A stretch of DNA of 64,000 nucleotides from an uncultured Candidatus Saccharibacteria bacterium (lineage in GTDB: Bacteria; Patescibacteriota; Minisyncoccia; Phycocordibacterales; JACOZG01): assembly GCA_964651115.1 (NCBI GenBank), contig CAZYXJ010000001.1:380243-444242 (forward strand), in the 5' to 3' direction. Position numbers and translations under genes: made by a program. Below, in pieces: positions 1 to 9,045 of the stretch (position 1 is its first letter; each line of letters begins with the position of its first letter). A model generated the notes under the pieces. It worked only from the letters and a program-made list of their open reading frames with translations, was not told where the DNA came from and did not search any database.

Positions 1-11
1 TAAAAGACTTC

Positions 12-86
12 TGGTGCTCCCGGAGGGACTCGAACCCCCAACGACGGTTCCGAAGACCGTTGTGATATCCATTTCACCACGGGAGC
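12..86 (-). tRNA. tRNA-Arg (anticodon TCG), CCA encoded
   Basis: Reverse complement folds as a cloverleaf: acceptor GCTCCCG/CGGGAGC, anticodon stem ACGGT/ACCGT with loop CTTCGGA, T-arm GGGGGTTCGAGTCCCTC, 3' CCA present. Confidence 0.75.
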
Positions 87-138
87 AGTCTCCACTAGTC
101 TAGCAAAAATGAAACTCGCCTGCTATGATAACTTTGTT

Positions 139-209
139 GCGGGTATGGTTTAGTGGTAGAACACGTCCTTGCCAAGGATGAGACGGGAGTTCGATTCTCC
201 CTACCCGCA
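139..209 (+). tRNA. tRNA-Gly (anticodon GCC), no encoded CCA
   Basis: Acceptor GCGGGTA/TACCCGC, anticodon stem CGTCC/GGATG with loop TTGCCAA, T-arm GGGAGTTCGATTCTCCC. Followed by ACC rather than CCA. Confidence 0.8.
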
Positions 210-218
210 CCGAAAAAC

Positions 219-1709
219 GTGGCCAAAAACTACAAAATTGTGGTTCCACCTCCAGTTTCACGTGCAACTAAGGTGCTCGAAGACGGGGGATTCCAAGCCT
301 ACTTAGTAGGCGGTTGTGTGCGTGACCTTTTTCTTGATCCAGCTCCCAAATTAGGCCCAAAAGACTGGGATATTGCCACCAACGCCCAACCGGAGCAGAT
401 TGTAGCCCTCTTTCCCAAAACCTTTTACGAGAATCGCTTCGGCACCGTGACCGTCGTTAACGAGGAGATTGAAGCTGGTCCAGAACGACAAATCGAAATA
501 ACGCCCTATCGACAGGAAGGGAAGTATAGCGACAATCGCCATCCGGACGAGATTACCTGGGCCAAAACGATTGAGGAGGATCTTGGCCGACGAGACTTTA
601 CCATTAACGCCATGGCTCTTAACCACCAAACCGGGGAGTTAATTGATCCTTATGGCGGGCTAGAAGACCTAAAAAACAAGCTAATCCGGGCCGTAGGAGA
701 CGGATCAGAGCGTTTGGCCGAGGATCCCTTGCGCATTCTCCGAGGCATCCGCTTGGCGGTTGAGCTTGGTTTTACAATCGAATCAACCACCGCTGAGGCG
801 ATCCACCAGAAGGCCGAGCTAGTAAAAACCTTGTCGGCCGAGCGAGTTAGGGACGAATTTACCAAGATAATGCTTTCACGTGAACCAATGTTGGGCCTTG
901 GCTTGGCCCAAAAATTAGGCGTTTTGGCCCACTTTATACCCGAATTAGCCGAAGGAGTTCACGTGAAACAGAATGGTGACCACATTTACGATGTTTGGGA
1001 GCACACTCTCAGGGTAGCTCAACACGCCGCCGAACGCGGAGCCGCGCTCGAAGTTCGGCTAGCGGCCTTGTTCCACGACGTCGGCAAGCCCCGGACGAGG
1101 GAGTTTAGCCAAGAAAAAGGGGATTACACCTTTTACGGCCACGAAGTGGTGGGTGCCAAAATGGCCAAAAAGATTCTCGAACGCTTAAAGTTTCCCGTGA
1201 AAACTACTGAGATCGTGGTTAAGTTGGTGAGAAACCATATGTTCTTTAGCGATATTGAGAAGATTACGCTCTCAGCTGTGCGGCGAATTATCCGCAATGT
1301 TGGCCGCGAACACATTTGGGACCTAATGGAAGTACGAATGTGCGACCGAATTGGCATGGGCCGGCCAAAAGAAGAGTCCTACCGGCTCAGAAAATACGAA
1401 GCCATGATTGAGGAAGCCTTGCGGGCGCCCACTTCGGTAGGGATGCTGGCCATCAACGGCCAAGACGTTATACGTGAAACCGGTCTGCCCACCGGACCAA
1501 AAATCGGCCAGATTCTCCATGCTCTACTAGAAGAAACACTGGATAATCCTGGCCTTAATACTAAAGAAATCTTGGCCAGCAAAGCCAAAGAATTGGCCGA
1601 GTTAAGCGATGAGGAGCTAAAAAATCGGGGAGAGAGCGGCAAGGAAGCCAAAGACGAGAAGGAGGAAGAAGAATTGGCCAAAATCCGTCAGAAGTTCCAC
1701 GTGAAATGA
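219..1709 (+). CDS. cca: CCA-adding enzyme (tRNA nucleotidyltransferase) with C-terminal HD domain
   Basis: Pol-beta nucleotidyltransferase head (LVGGCVRDLFL...DWDIAT...RRDFTINAMAL) and HD motif (LFHDVGKP). The ORF-track start at 153 lies inside tRNA-Gly. GTG at 219 or GTG at 240 are the plausible starts; 240 aligns best with CCA-enzyme N-termini. Confidence 0.85.
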   Translation: MAKNYKIVVPPPVSRATKVLEDGGFQAYLVGGCVRDLFLDPAPKLGPKDWDIATNAQPEQIVALFPKTFYENRFGTVTVVNEEIEAGPERQIEITPYRQEGKYSDNRHPDEITWAKTIEEDLGRRDFTINAMALNHQTGELIDPYGGLEDLKNKLIRAVGDGSERLAEDPLRILRGIRLAVELGFTIESTTAEAIHQKAELVKTLSAERVRDEFTKIMLSREPMLGLGLAQKLGVLAHFIPELAEGVHVKQNGDHIYDVWEHTLRVAQHAAERGAALEVRLAALFHDVGKPRTREFSQEKGDYTFYGHEVVGAKMAKKILERLKFPVKTTEIVVKLVRNHMFFSDIEKITLSAVRRIIRNVGREHIWDLMEVRMCDRIGMGRPKEESYRLRKYEAMIEEALRAPTSVGMLAINGQDVIRETGLPTGPKIGQILHALLEETLDNPGLNTKEILASKAKELAELSDEELKNRGESGKEAKDEKEEEELAKIRQKFHVK

Positions 1710-1963
1710 TTTAAAAGCAAACAACCCACCTCGTGGAGGTGGATTTTGATGGCGCCTGGAGCATAAAAGCTAGGCGGGGACTCTGTTCAAAGGACTTGCC
1801 CACTAATGGAGAACGCGCACATAAGTGGGTGGAGAGATAAAGGCGAGAATTAAGCTGGGTGGGATAAAAAAGCTAAATTCTGCTTGGAAACTCTAAAACA
1901 CAGAGACGCTATTAAGTTGTATAGGACAGGTCCAGAACGAACGTCCTTAAAGATCAAATCGTA

Positions 1964-1992
1964 CCTGTCCTTGATTATATAAGAGACAGCTC
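1964..1992. promoter_or_regulatory. candidate dif-like recombination site (imperfect palindrome with AT-rich centre) next to xerC/D
   Basis: CTGTCCTTGATTATATAAGAGACAG has inverted arms CTGTC...GACAG (about 7/10 arm identity) around a TTATATAA core. It lies in the convergent intergenic region beside the tyrosine recombinase gene. Confidence 0.3.
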
Positions 1993-2025
1993 TAAAGGAC
2001 AACAATCTTTACTGTGGATAACTAG

Positions 2026-2931
2026 CTAGCGTCGGCGGCGGTTGTGGAAATTTTTGTGGATGTCACGGAGATGTTTGTCGGTAACGTGAGTATAAATCTG
2101 AGTGGTCGCAATATTGGCATGACCAAGCATTGCTTGGACGGCGCGGATATCCGCGCCGTTTTGGAGCAGGTCAGTCGCAAAACTATGGCGTAAAGTATGG
2201 GGCGTAACCTTGCGCGTAATGCCCGAACGGACAGCATAATGCTTAATAATCCGCTCCAGACTGCGTGACGTTAAGCGGTCAACATCTTTGCCCTTCTGGA
2301 GACGAGATCTAAGATTAACAAACAAGGCTTCGGAAACATCTTCACGCTTGTCTAAGTAAGCACGCACCGCCGATCTAGCGGCCTCCGACAAGAAGACCAG
2401 CCGAACCTTTTCGCCCTTGCCGCGGACCGAAAACTCATCCTTCTTTAGATCTAAATCGCGGTCCAAACTGCCAAGCTCCGAAACGCGCAAGCCGGTAGAG
2501 AAGAAGAGCTCTAAGATGGCTCGATCACGTAAGGACTTAAGATCCTGGCCCTTGGGTGCCGCTAGTAGGCGATTGAGCTCTTCAGTCGTAATCAGATCCA
2601 ATTCGCGGGCCGGCGTTTTGGCCAATTCGATCCGATTGGGCTCAAGCGTCTTAACGCCGCGCTTAATTAAGTACTTTAAAAAGGTCCTAAGTGCGATTAA
2701 ATAGTAATTTTGAGTGTTCTTTTTAAGCGTCCCGCGGCCAGCCGCCTGGCGGTTAAGCCAAAGACGAAAAGAACGGACGGACTCATCATTTATCTGATCA
2801 GCTCGTTTTAACTTAGTAAATACCAAAAAACGGGTTAAATAACGGTCATAGTTAGCCACGGTTAACAAGGAGCGCCCCTTCTCAATCTCCAGATACTCTA
2901 AGAACTCCTGTTTAAGCCGCGCCAAGTCCAT
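2026..2931 (-). CDS. xerC: site-specific tyrosine recombinase XerC/XerD family
   Basis: C-terminal catalytic motif HTLRHSFATDLLQNGADIRAVQAMLGHANIATTQIYTH; N-terminal core-binding domain; 301 aa. Confidence 0.85.
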   Translation of the reverse strand: MDLARLKQEFLEYLEIEKGRSLLTVANYDRYLTRFLVFTKLKRADQINDESVRSFRLWLNRQAAGRGTLKKNTQNYYLIALRTFLKYLIKRGVKTLEPNRIELAKTPARELDLITTEELNRLLAAPKGQDLKSLRDRAILELFFSTGLRVSELGSLDRDLDLKKDEFSVRGKGEKVRLVFLSEAARSAVRAYLDKREDVSEALFVNLRSRLQKGKDVDRLTSRSLERIIKHYAVRSGITRKVTPHTLRHSFATDLLQNGADIRAVQAMLGHANIATTQIYTHVTDKHLRDIHKNFHNRRRR

Positions 2932-2990
2932 ATTCTTAGTAGTATAACCCGAACTTGCTTTTTAAAAGAATGCGTGCTAGTATCCTAGCC

Positions 2991-3248
2991 ATGCTGTCAC
3001 TGAAGAAAAAGCAAAATATTATTAAGAAAAGCCGGTCCCACGAAAAGGATACCGGCTCGTCCGAGGTGCAAATCGCCCTTTTGAATGAACGTATTAGCGA
3101 CTTAACCAAACATTTAAAAAAGAATCAGAAGGACAATAGTTCTCGTCGCGGCTTGCTCAAGCTGGTTTCCCAGCGCCGCGCTCATGAGAAGTATGTGACA
3201 GCAAAGCAGGCGAAAGCCACCGCGAAAGCCGCCTCGGCTAAGAAATAA
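2991..3248 (+). CDS. rpsO: 30S ribosomal protein S15
   Basis: Typical S15 sequence [52 protein letters not shown]. Start trimmed to the internal ATG ([13 protein letters not shown]) inside the longer ORF 2955..3248. Confidence 0.85.
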   Translation: MLSLKKKQNIIKKSRSHEKDTGSSEVQIALLNERISDLTKHLKKNQKDNSSRRGLLKLVSQRRAHEKYVTAKQAKATAKAASAKK

Positions 3249-3254
3249 TTTGGA

Positions 3255-3833
3255 ATGCCCATAATTAAACATCGGGGTCAACGTATCGCCATTCTAATCG
3301 ATACGCAGAACCTCTATCACTGTGCCAAGAATTTATATCAAGCACGGGTCAATTTTGCCGCTGTTTTAAAAGAAGCCGTGGCTGATCGGACGCTTGTCCG
3401 CGCCGTGGCCTACATGGTTACGACCGAAGCCGGGGACGAAAAGAACTTCCTCGACTCCCTCCACAAAATGGGAATCGAAGTAAAATCGAAGGATTTGCAA
3501 ATCTTTGCTGGGGGAGCGAAAAAAGCTGACTGGGACGTTGGCTTGGCCGTCGACGCCATTAAATTAGCCCCCAAAGTTGATGCCATCATCATCGCCTCCG
3601 GCGACGGCGACTTTGTACCCCTAGTAGAATACTTACAAATCCACTCGGGTAATCAGGTGGAAGTCATCGCCTTTGGCCGAAGCACTTCGGGCAAACTTAA
3701 AGAAGCGGCTGACGACTTTATTGATCTCTGCGATAATCCTCGCAAATATCTATTGCGTAGTGGTTCGCCCCGTCGTTCGCCCCGTCGCGAAGGCGAAAAT
3801 GGCAACAACTCAGCGCCCGCCGCGACTAACTAA
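3255..3833 (+). CDS. NYN-domain (LabA/DUF88-like) putative RNase
   Basis: IAILIDTQNLYH...IIIASGDGDFVPLV pattern, characteristic of NYN/LabA PIN-like domains. Confidence 0.6.
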   Translation: MPIIKHRGQRIAILIDTQNLYHCAKNLYQARVNFAAVLKEAVADRTLVRAVAYMVTTEAGDEKNFLDSLHKMGIEVKSKDLQIFAGGAKKADWDVGLAVDAIKLAPKVDAIIIASGDGDFVPLVEYLQIHSGNQVEVIAFGRSTSGKLKEAADDFIDLCDNPRKYLLRSGSPRRSPRREGENGNNSAPAATN

Positions 3834-3872
3834 TCTGGTACGATTCGCTCGGCTCGTAGTATAATAAGAGCG

Positions 3873-4427
3873 ATGCCTGACATTATAACTCCCTTGGGGG
3901 GTGAGGATGCTCGCGAAGCCGCTCGTCGCGCTCTCGAGGGTCCAGAACACACCGCCAAAAGAGAACAAGAAGAGAAGGAAAAGGTCCTCGCCGCCGAGCG
4001 CAGCGTTTTAGAAACCAAACTAAGCGAAATCGTCGCTCAGAAAGAAAAATTAGAGCTCGCTTGGATTGAGCTCGACAATCAACGCAAGGCCGTCCGCACC
4101 GTGCTTAACCCCCTCGTGACCCAAGAGAAAAAGCTCGAAGAAGAGGAGGCGACCCTAGAACAAACCGAAGCCGCGGCCGCTGACCCGGCCGAGCGCCACG
4201 CGACCGAAGAAAAGCGCTGGGCCATTCAAGCCGAGCGAAAGGCGTTAGAAGAAAAGAAGTGGACCGAAGAACAAAAGATTTTAGCCATTGAGCAGACGAT
4301 TGAGGCCAACACCAAGCAATACCGAGCCCTCTTGGAAGAAGAGGACCGAGCCCGAGTAAAACTTGATCAGTTAAAGCTTGCCCAAATTCCCAATGCCGCC
4401 AACCCCATCAAACCCAGCGGAGAATAG
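3873..4427 (+). CDS. hypothetical E/K-rich coiled-coil protein
   Basis: Low-complexity charged heptad-like sequence with a -10-like TAGTATAAT upstream. Overlaps the next ORF by 50 nt in another frame, so a frameshifted single gene is possible. Confidence 0.4.
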   Translation: MPDIITPLGGEDAREAARRALEGPEHTAKREQEEKEKVLAAERSVLETKLSEIVAQKEKLELAWIELDNQRKAVRTVLNPLVTQEKKLEEEEATLEQTEAAAADPAERHATEEKRWAIQAERKALEEKKWTEEQKILAIEQTIEANTKQYRALLEEEDRARVKLDQLKLAQIPNAANPIKPSGE

Positions 4428-5595
4428 TGACCCGAAAACAGAAGCCAAGCGGGCCCTAGGCGGTGAGGACCGCGTTTTGGCCGAGCAGGCCGCCGAGGCG
4501 GCTCTAGAAAAGCGCCGCCTCGAGGCGGCGCGAGCAATGGAAGGGGAAGTGGAGCGTAAGCGACGCGAAGTTCGAGAATTTCAGCGGCGCGAGCGAGAAC
4601 TCGCGACGGCCAATAGTGCCAGCGCCCAAGCCGCCGCCGCCGAACAGGCGGCGTGGCAGGCCGCCCAAACCAAAGCGGCGGCGGCCAAAGCCCAACGGCT
4701 CGAATCCCGCGAGGCGCAAGCCCGACTCGAACGCATCGACCAAGCCACGACGCAAGTTAGCGAACTCCAAAAAGCCCCCGTTAATCTTAACCCCCTCCGA
4801 ACGCTCCGAAGCGATATGGCCAAGGCCGTCCGCGAAGATGGCGTCTCGGCGGCCTCAATCGCCCAAAGCGAAGACGGGCGACGCGCTCTGGCCACGGGCG
4901 AACCCACCCCGCCAAGCTCACGCGGGCTCTGGATAATTATTAGTCTCGTCGTCATTGGTGGAGGCTTTGGTGGTTGGTGGTATTGGTCTAACCAATCTCC
5001 CGCGGTCTCCACGCCCACGCCCAACCCCGTCACTCCCGTGGCTAATCTAATTTTTGCCGAAAACACCTTAGATCTGCCGCTCGACACCGCTCGCACTCCG
5101 GGCGACGTAACCGGCGCCATCAACCAAATCCTTAACAGTCCACCAAACGGCTTGATCGCTCTAACGCCCACCACTGGCGGCGCCCCCATCTCTTTAATCG
5201 CGCTGGGAGAAAAAATCAAATGGCAACCACCCGCCTCCTTAGTGAACATTTTCGAACCAGCGTTTATGCTTGGCGCTCACCAGAGCGCCTCGAGCACCGA
5301 ACGTTTTCTGATTTTAAAAACTCGACTGTATGATCAAGCCTTTGCCGGCATGATTGCTTGGGAAAAGACCCTCGCCGATGATCTCTGGCCGCTCTTGACC
5401 AAAAACAGCACGGCCGCGCCCTTGATCACTAACTACAGCGACAAGTTGGTGCGCAACAAAGACGCCCGTCAAGCCACTCGTCCAGACGGTTCGGTAGTAA
5501 TCTTTTACGGCTTTCTAGACCAAAACACGATTGCGATCACCACTAATCAGGCCACCTTTAGCGAACTAGCCCTCCGCTACAGCAATCGTCAATAG
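4378..5595 (+). CDS. hypothetical membrane-anchored protein (coiled-coil N-terminus, one TM, C-terminal domain)
   Basis: TM segment LWIIISLVVIGGGFGGWWYW after a charged coiled-coil region; no recognisable family. Confidence 0.45.
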   Translation: MPKFPMPPTPSNPAENSDPKTEAKRALGGEDRVLAEQAAEAALEKRRLEAARAMEGEVERKRREVREFQRRERELATANSASAQAAAAEQAAWQAAQTKAAAAKAQRLESREAQARLERIDQATTQVSELQKAPVNLNPLRTLRSDMAKAVREDGVSAASIAQSEDGRRALATGEPTPPSSRGLWIIISLVVIGGGFGGWWYWSNQSPAVSTPTPNPVTPVANLIFAENTLDLPLDTARTPGDVTGAINQILNSPPNGLIALTPTTGGAPISLIALGEKIKWQPPASLVNIFEPAFMLGAHQSASSTERFLILKTRLYDQAFAGMIAWEKTLADDLWPLLTKNSTAAPLITNYSDKLVRNKDARQATRPDGSVVIFYGFLDQNTIAITTNQATFSELALRYSNRQ

Positions 5596-5636
5596 TTGGG
5601 CTTGCTATCCACGGGCGAGGGGAGTAGAATTGGATT

Positions 5637-5972
5637 ATGGCTATTGATTACGAATATTTTAAAGAGAAACTCTTAAACGAAAAGCGCCTACTGGAGGAAG
5701 AGCGGGCCAATCAACCAAGCAGTCCTGCGGCTGAGTTTAATGACGAGATTGCCGACCGACTCGAAGAGCAAGAAGAACGTCAGGCCACTAACGTTGAGGT
5801 GGATCATCGCTACAAATTAGTCCTCCACGCCCTCCGCCGTCTAGAAGAGGGGACTTATGGCATCTGCGAGATCTCGGGCGCGCCCATTGAGGCGAAACGC
5901 CTCGAGGCCAATCCCGCCGCCCGGACCGCCAAAGCTCATCTCGACCAAGAAGACAGTCTGCCTATTGCCTAA
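5637..5972 (+). CDS. DksA/TraR-family regulator with degenerate zinc finger
   Basis: C-terminus YGICEISGAPIEAKRLEANPAARTAKAHL resembles the DksA/TraR C4 region but keeps only one Cys; coiled-coil N-terminus. Confidence 0.55.
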   Translation: MAIDYEYFKEKLLNEKRLLEEERANQPSSPAAEFNDEIADRLEEQEERQATNVEVDHRYKLVLHALRRLEEGTYGICEISGAPIEAKRLEANPAARTAKAHLDQEDSLPIA

Positions 5973-5978
5973 ACCTCC

Positions 5979-7538
5979 ATGGTTTCCAAACTTCACTCGG
6001 CACAAGTTGTCGGCCTCTCGGCTAACCACATTATTGTTGAGGTTGATATTGCCAAGGGCCTCCACTCCTTTGCCATTGTTGGCCTACCCGACAAGGCCAT
6101 TGAAGAATCTAAAGATCGCATTAGCGCCGCGATCAAAAATTCGGGCTTTAAGTCTCCCCAAAAGAGCAACAAAAAAGTAATCGTTAGTCTCGCTCCGGCC
6201 GATCTAAAAAAAGAAGGGCCGGTTTTTGATTTAGCGATCGCAATGGCCTACCTGTTGGCCGGAAAAGAAATAAATTTTAACTCTGATCACCGTCTGATTG
6301 TAGGCGAGCTAGCCCTAGACGGAAGCGTCCGGGCAATTAAGGGCGCGCTGATGATTGCCCGCCTCGCCAAGAAGGCCGGCTTTCGCGAATTATATCTGCC
6401 CAGAGCTAACGCCGCCGAAGCCGCTTTGATCACCGATCTAACCGTCTACCCCGTAGACACACTCAGGCAGCTAGCTGATCATCTCTCGCCGCCCAATCCG
6501 ACGGACGAGCTAGAGCCACCCGTGCGACAAGAAATTATCCCGGCGCCCGCGACCAAGATCGTTTACGCCGAAGCTCATTACCCAAGCGACATGAGCGAGA
6601 TCCGCGGCCAAGAGACCGCTAAGCGGGGACTAGAGATCGCGGCGGCCGGCGGTCACAACGTGGCGATGTCTGGACCACCGGGAACCGGCAAAACGATGCT
6701 GGCTAAAGCCTTTACCTCCATCCTGCCACCGCTCTCGTTTAACGACATTTTAGAAGTGACGGGCATCCATTCGGCCGCTGGATTACTAGAAGAAACCTTA
6801 ATCACCGCGGCACCCTTCCGCTCACCTCATCACACCTCCTCCTATGTTTCGCTCGTCGGTGGCGGGGCCTGGCCTAAACCAGGCGAGATCACCTTGGCGC
6901 ATCGCGGCGTCTTATTTTTAGACGAATTCCCAGAATTTGAAAAACGAGTCATTGAGGCGCTCCGCCAGCCGCTCGAGGATCGAGTGATCAACGTCGCTCG
7001 AGCCCGAGGCAGTCTGAGCTTTCCGGCTGATTTTATTTTGATCGCGGCCATGAATCCTTGCCCCTGCGGCCACCGCGGCTCGCGCGGTCGGGAATGCGTC
7101 TGCTCACCAATGGCCCTAGCTCGTTATGGACGAAAAATTTCGGGACCAATTATTGATCGTATTGATCTGTGGCTAGAAGTCGGCCCAATTGATCACGAAA
7201 AATTAGCCGGGCCAACCCTGGGGGAAAGTTCGGCTAGTTTGCGAGCGCGAGTGGAAGGAGCGCGAGCCCGCCAGGCGGCGCGCCTGCGCGCCGCCGGCCG
7301 CGAAGCCCGGACCAACAGCCAACTAAACACCAAGGACTTACGCCTCTTGGCGCCTCTCTCGGAGAGTAGCACCAAACTGCTAAACGAGGCGGCCAAAAAA
7401 TTAGACCTTTCCGCTCGCGCCTATCATCGAATCATTAAACTAGCCCGGACCATCGCCGATTTGGCGGATGAGGCGGGGATTAAAGACGAACATCTCATCG
7501 AAGCTTTGCAATATCGCCCGCGAACTATTGCGGTCTAG
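5979..7538 (+). CDS. comM: YifB/ComM family Mg-chelatase-like AAA+ ATPase
   Basis: Lon-like N-domain; Walker A NVAMSGPPGTGKTM; Walker B LFLDEFPEF; Cys cluster CPCGHRGSRGRECVC; C-terminal Mg-chelatase ChlI region. Confidence 0.85.
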   Translation: MVSKLHSAQVVGLSANHIIVEVDIAKGLHSFAIVGLPDKAIEESKDRISAAIKNSGFKSPQKSNKKVIVSLAPADLKKEGPVFDLAIAMAYLLAGKEINFNSDHRLIVGELALDGSVRAIKGALMIARLAKKAGFRELYLPRANAAEAALITDLTVYPVDTLRQLADHLSPPNPTDELEPPVRQEIIPAPATKIVYAEAHYPSDMSEIRGQETAKRGLEIAAAGGHNVAMSGPPGTGKTMLAKAFTSILPPLSFNDILEVTGIHSAAGLLEETLITAAPFRSPHHTSSYVSLVGGGAWPKPGEITLAHRGVLFLDEFPEFEKRVIEALRQPLEDRVINVARARGSLSFPADFILIAAMNPCPCGHRGSRGRECVCSPMALARYGRKISGPIIDRIDLWLEVGPIDHEKLAGPTLGESSASLRARVEGARARQAARLRAAGREARTNSQLNTKDLRLLAPLSESSTKLLNEAAKKLDLSARAYHRIIKLARTIADLADEAGIKDEHLIEALQYRPRTIAV

Positions 7539-7619
7539 AAGAAAAATTTTTACAATAGTACACGGAAATCGATCATCGGGATCGCCATCGTCACTTCTTT
7601 CTTGAGAGGAGACTGCGCA

Positions 7620-7763
7620 ATGGAAAACAACCAGAGCGAATACTTGTTCCCAGGGTGCGAACCAATCGACCCACCCAAAGTCGTCCCACCAGAACAATCC
7701 CCGGAAACGACTGAAGCCGAGGAGCCCACCAAGGCGGCAGCCTCGGAATTCCCCAGCCAGTAA
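7620..7763 (+). CDS. small acidic Pro-rich ORF (47 aa), hypothetical
   Basis: ATG with AGGAG Shine-Dalgarno 8 nt upstream. Translates MENNQSEYLFPGCEPIDPPKVVPPEQSPETTEAEEPTKAAASEFPSQ and is followed by a CCCCCG...CGGGGG + T-run terminator. Not in the ORF track because it is under 60 aa. Confidence 0.3.
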   Translation: MENNQSEYLFPGCEPIDPPKVVPPEQSPETTEAEEPTKAAASEFPSQ

Positions 7764-7834
7764 GCAAAACTCAACCGCTCACCTTAGGGACCCCGATCCC
7801 CCGAAGACTTGCCAATCTCCGGGGGATTTTTTTA

Positions 7835-8899
7835 TTAAAACGGATTCTTCGCGCCGCGAATTTCGAAATGGAGGTGAGTGCCGGTCGAGCGGCCGGTATT
7901 ACCCATATAACCAATAACCTGGCCCTGCGTGACTCGCGCCCCCATCGCCACCGCGGTTGATTGGAGGTGAGCGTACAAAGTCTGAGTCCCATTGGAGTGG
8001 GAAATAACCACGTAATTACCATAGCCACCATTCCAACCACCCTCACGACTAATAATTACCTGCCCCGCGGCCGAAGCGAGAATTGGAGTCCCCGCTTTAG
8101 AAGCGAGGTCCACACCGTTATAACCGTGTAGGCCTTGAGTTTTTACTCCGCCCGCCAATGGCCGCAAATAATAGCCCGCGTAACTTGGTCCGGTACTGCC
8201 CTTAACCGGTGACTTGGCACCCGGCTTAGTCGTCGTCACTGGCGCCACCTCGCCATTAGGCACAATCACCACCTGACCAACCTTAACTTCGTCGCTTTCT
8301 AAGCCGTTAAATTGGGCGATTTCCGTCGCGTCACCCTTATATTTTTTAGCGATGCTGGCCAAAGTTTCTCCGCGCGCCACCGTATGACGGACACCAGAAA
8401 CTGGCAAAATAATCAAAATCTGACCTTCCTTAAGTGGCGTCTTGGCCGACATATCGTTAGCCCAAGCAATCGTGTTGACCGAGACGCCATACATCTCGGC
8501 GATTTGCGAAATAGAATCGCCAGCCCGCACCACATAGACACTAATCTCGTCGGTGGTGGGGGAATCATCAAGATCCGCCAAAGTACCTTCTGGGCCAGAT
8601 TCGGCCAAGAGAGCTGAGCCCGAAACAATAGTGTTGTCGCCACCACCCAAACCTCGTCCCGAACCCAAATTAACGCCCAAACTTGGCTCTAAACCAATCT
8701 TTTGGGAATTAACCGCGGCCAGATTAGACCCCGCTTCCACTCGAGCGGAAGAGATGACGTCAAACCAAGAAAAGAAACCGGCCTCAACTGGTCGGGGGGC
8801 AACCCCGCCGGCCAAGATCACCGCGGCTAAAATGGCAACAAAAACTGGCCCGAAACGTCGTGCCCTTGAGAAATCGCTATTAAATTGAGGTCGATCCAA
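7835..8899 (-). CDS. LysM-domain M23 family metallopeptidase (cell-wall endopeptidase)
   Basis: N-terminal TM; two LysM repeats (YVVRAGDSISQIAEMYGVS; HTVARGETLASIAKKYKGD); M23 motifs GVDLASKAGTPILASAAGQV and HLHFEIR. Confidence 0.85.
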   Translation of the reverse strand: MDRPQFNSDFSRARRFGPVFVAILAAVILAGGVAPRPVEAGFFSWFDVISSARVEAGSNLAAVNSQKIGLEPSLGVNLGSGRGLGGGDNTIVSGSALLAESGPEGTLADLDDSPTTDEISVYVVRAGDSISQIAEMYGVSVNTIAWANDMSAKTPLKEGQILIILPVSGVRHTVARGETLASIAKKYKGDATEIAQFNGLESDEVKVGQVVIVPNGEVAPVTTTKPGAKSPVKGSTGPSYAGYYLRPLAGGVKTQGLHGYNGVDLASKAGTPILASAAGQVIISREGGWNGGYGNYVVISHSNGTQTLYAHLQSTAVAMGARVTQGQVIGYMGNTGRSTGTHLHFEIRGAKNPF

Positions 8900-9045
8900 A
8901 ATAAGCCTTAAAGTAAGCCCCGCTATTGATGTTCCGGTCGTAAAATGGCTCTACATAGCCATTTTAATCAATCATTCATCCAAGCTACGGAGGCATTATA
9001 GCGTCCTCTCCGCCAGCAGGCAAGCTATGTTACACTAAAGCGCAC

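Noticed and set aside
4581-5249. 222-aa minus-strand ORF plus several other Arg/Ala-rich ORFs inside 4378..5595
   Set aside because: These are typical GC-rich antisense artefacts; the plus-strand ORF has a coherent coiled-coil/TM architecture.
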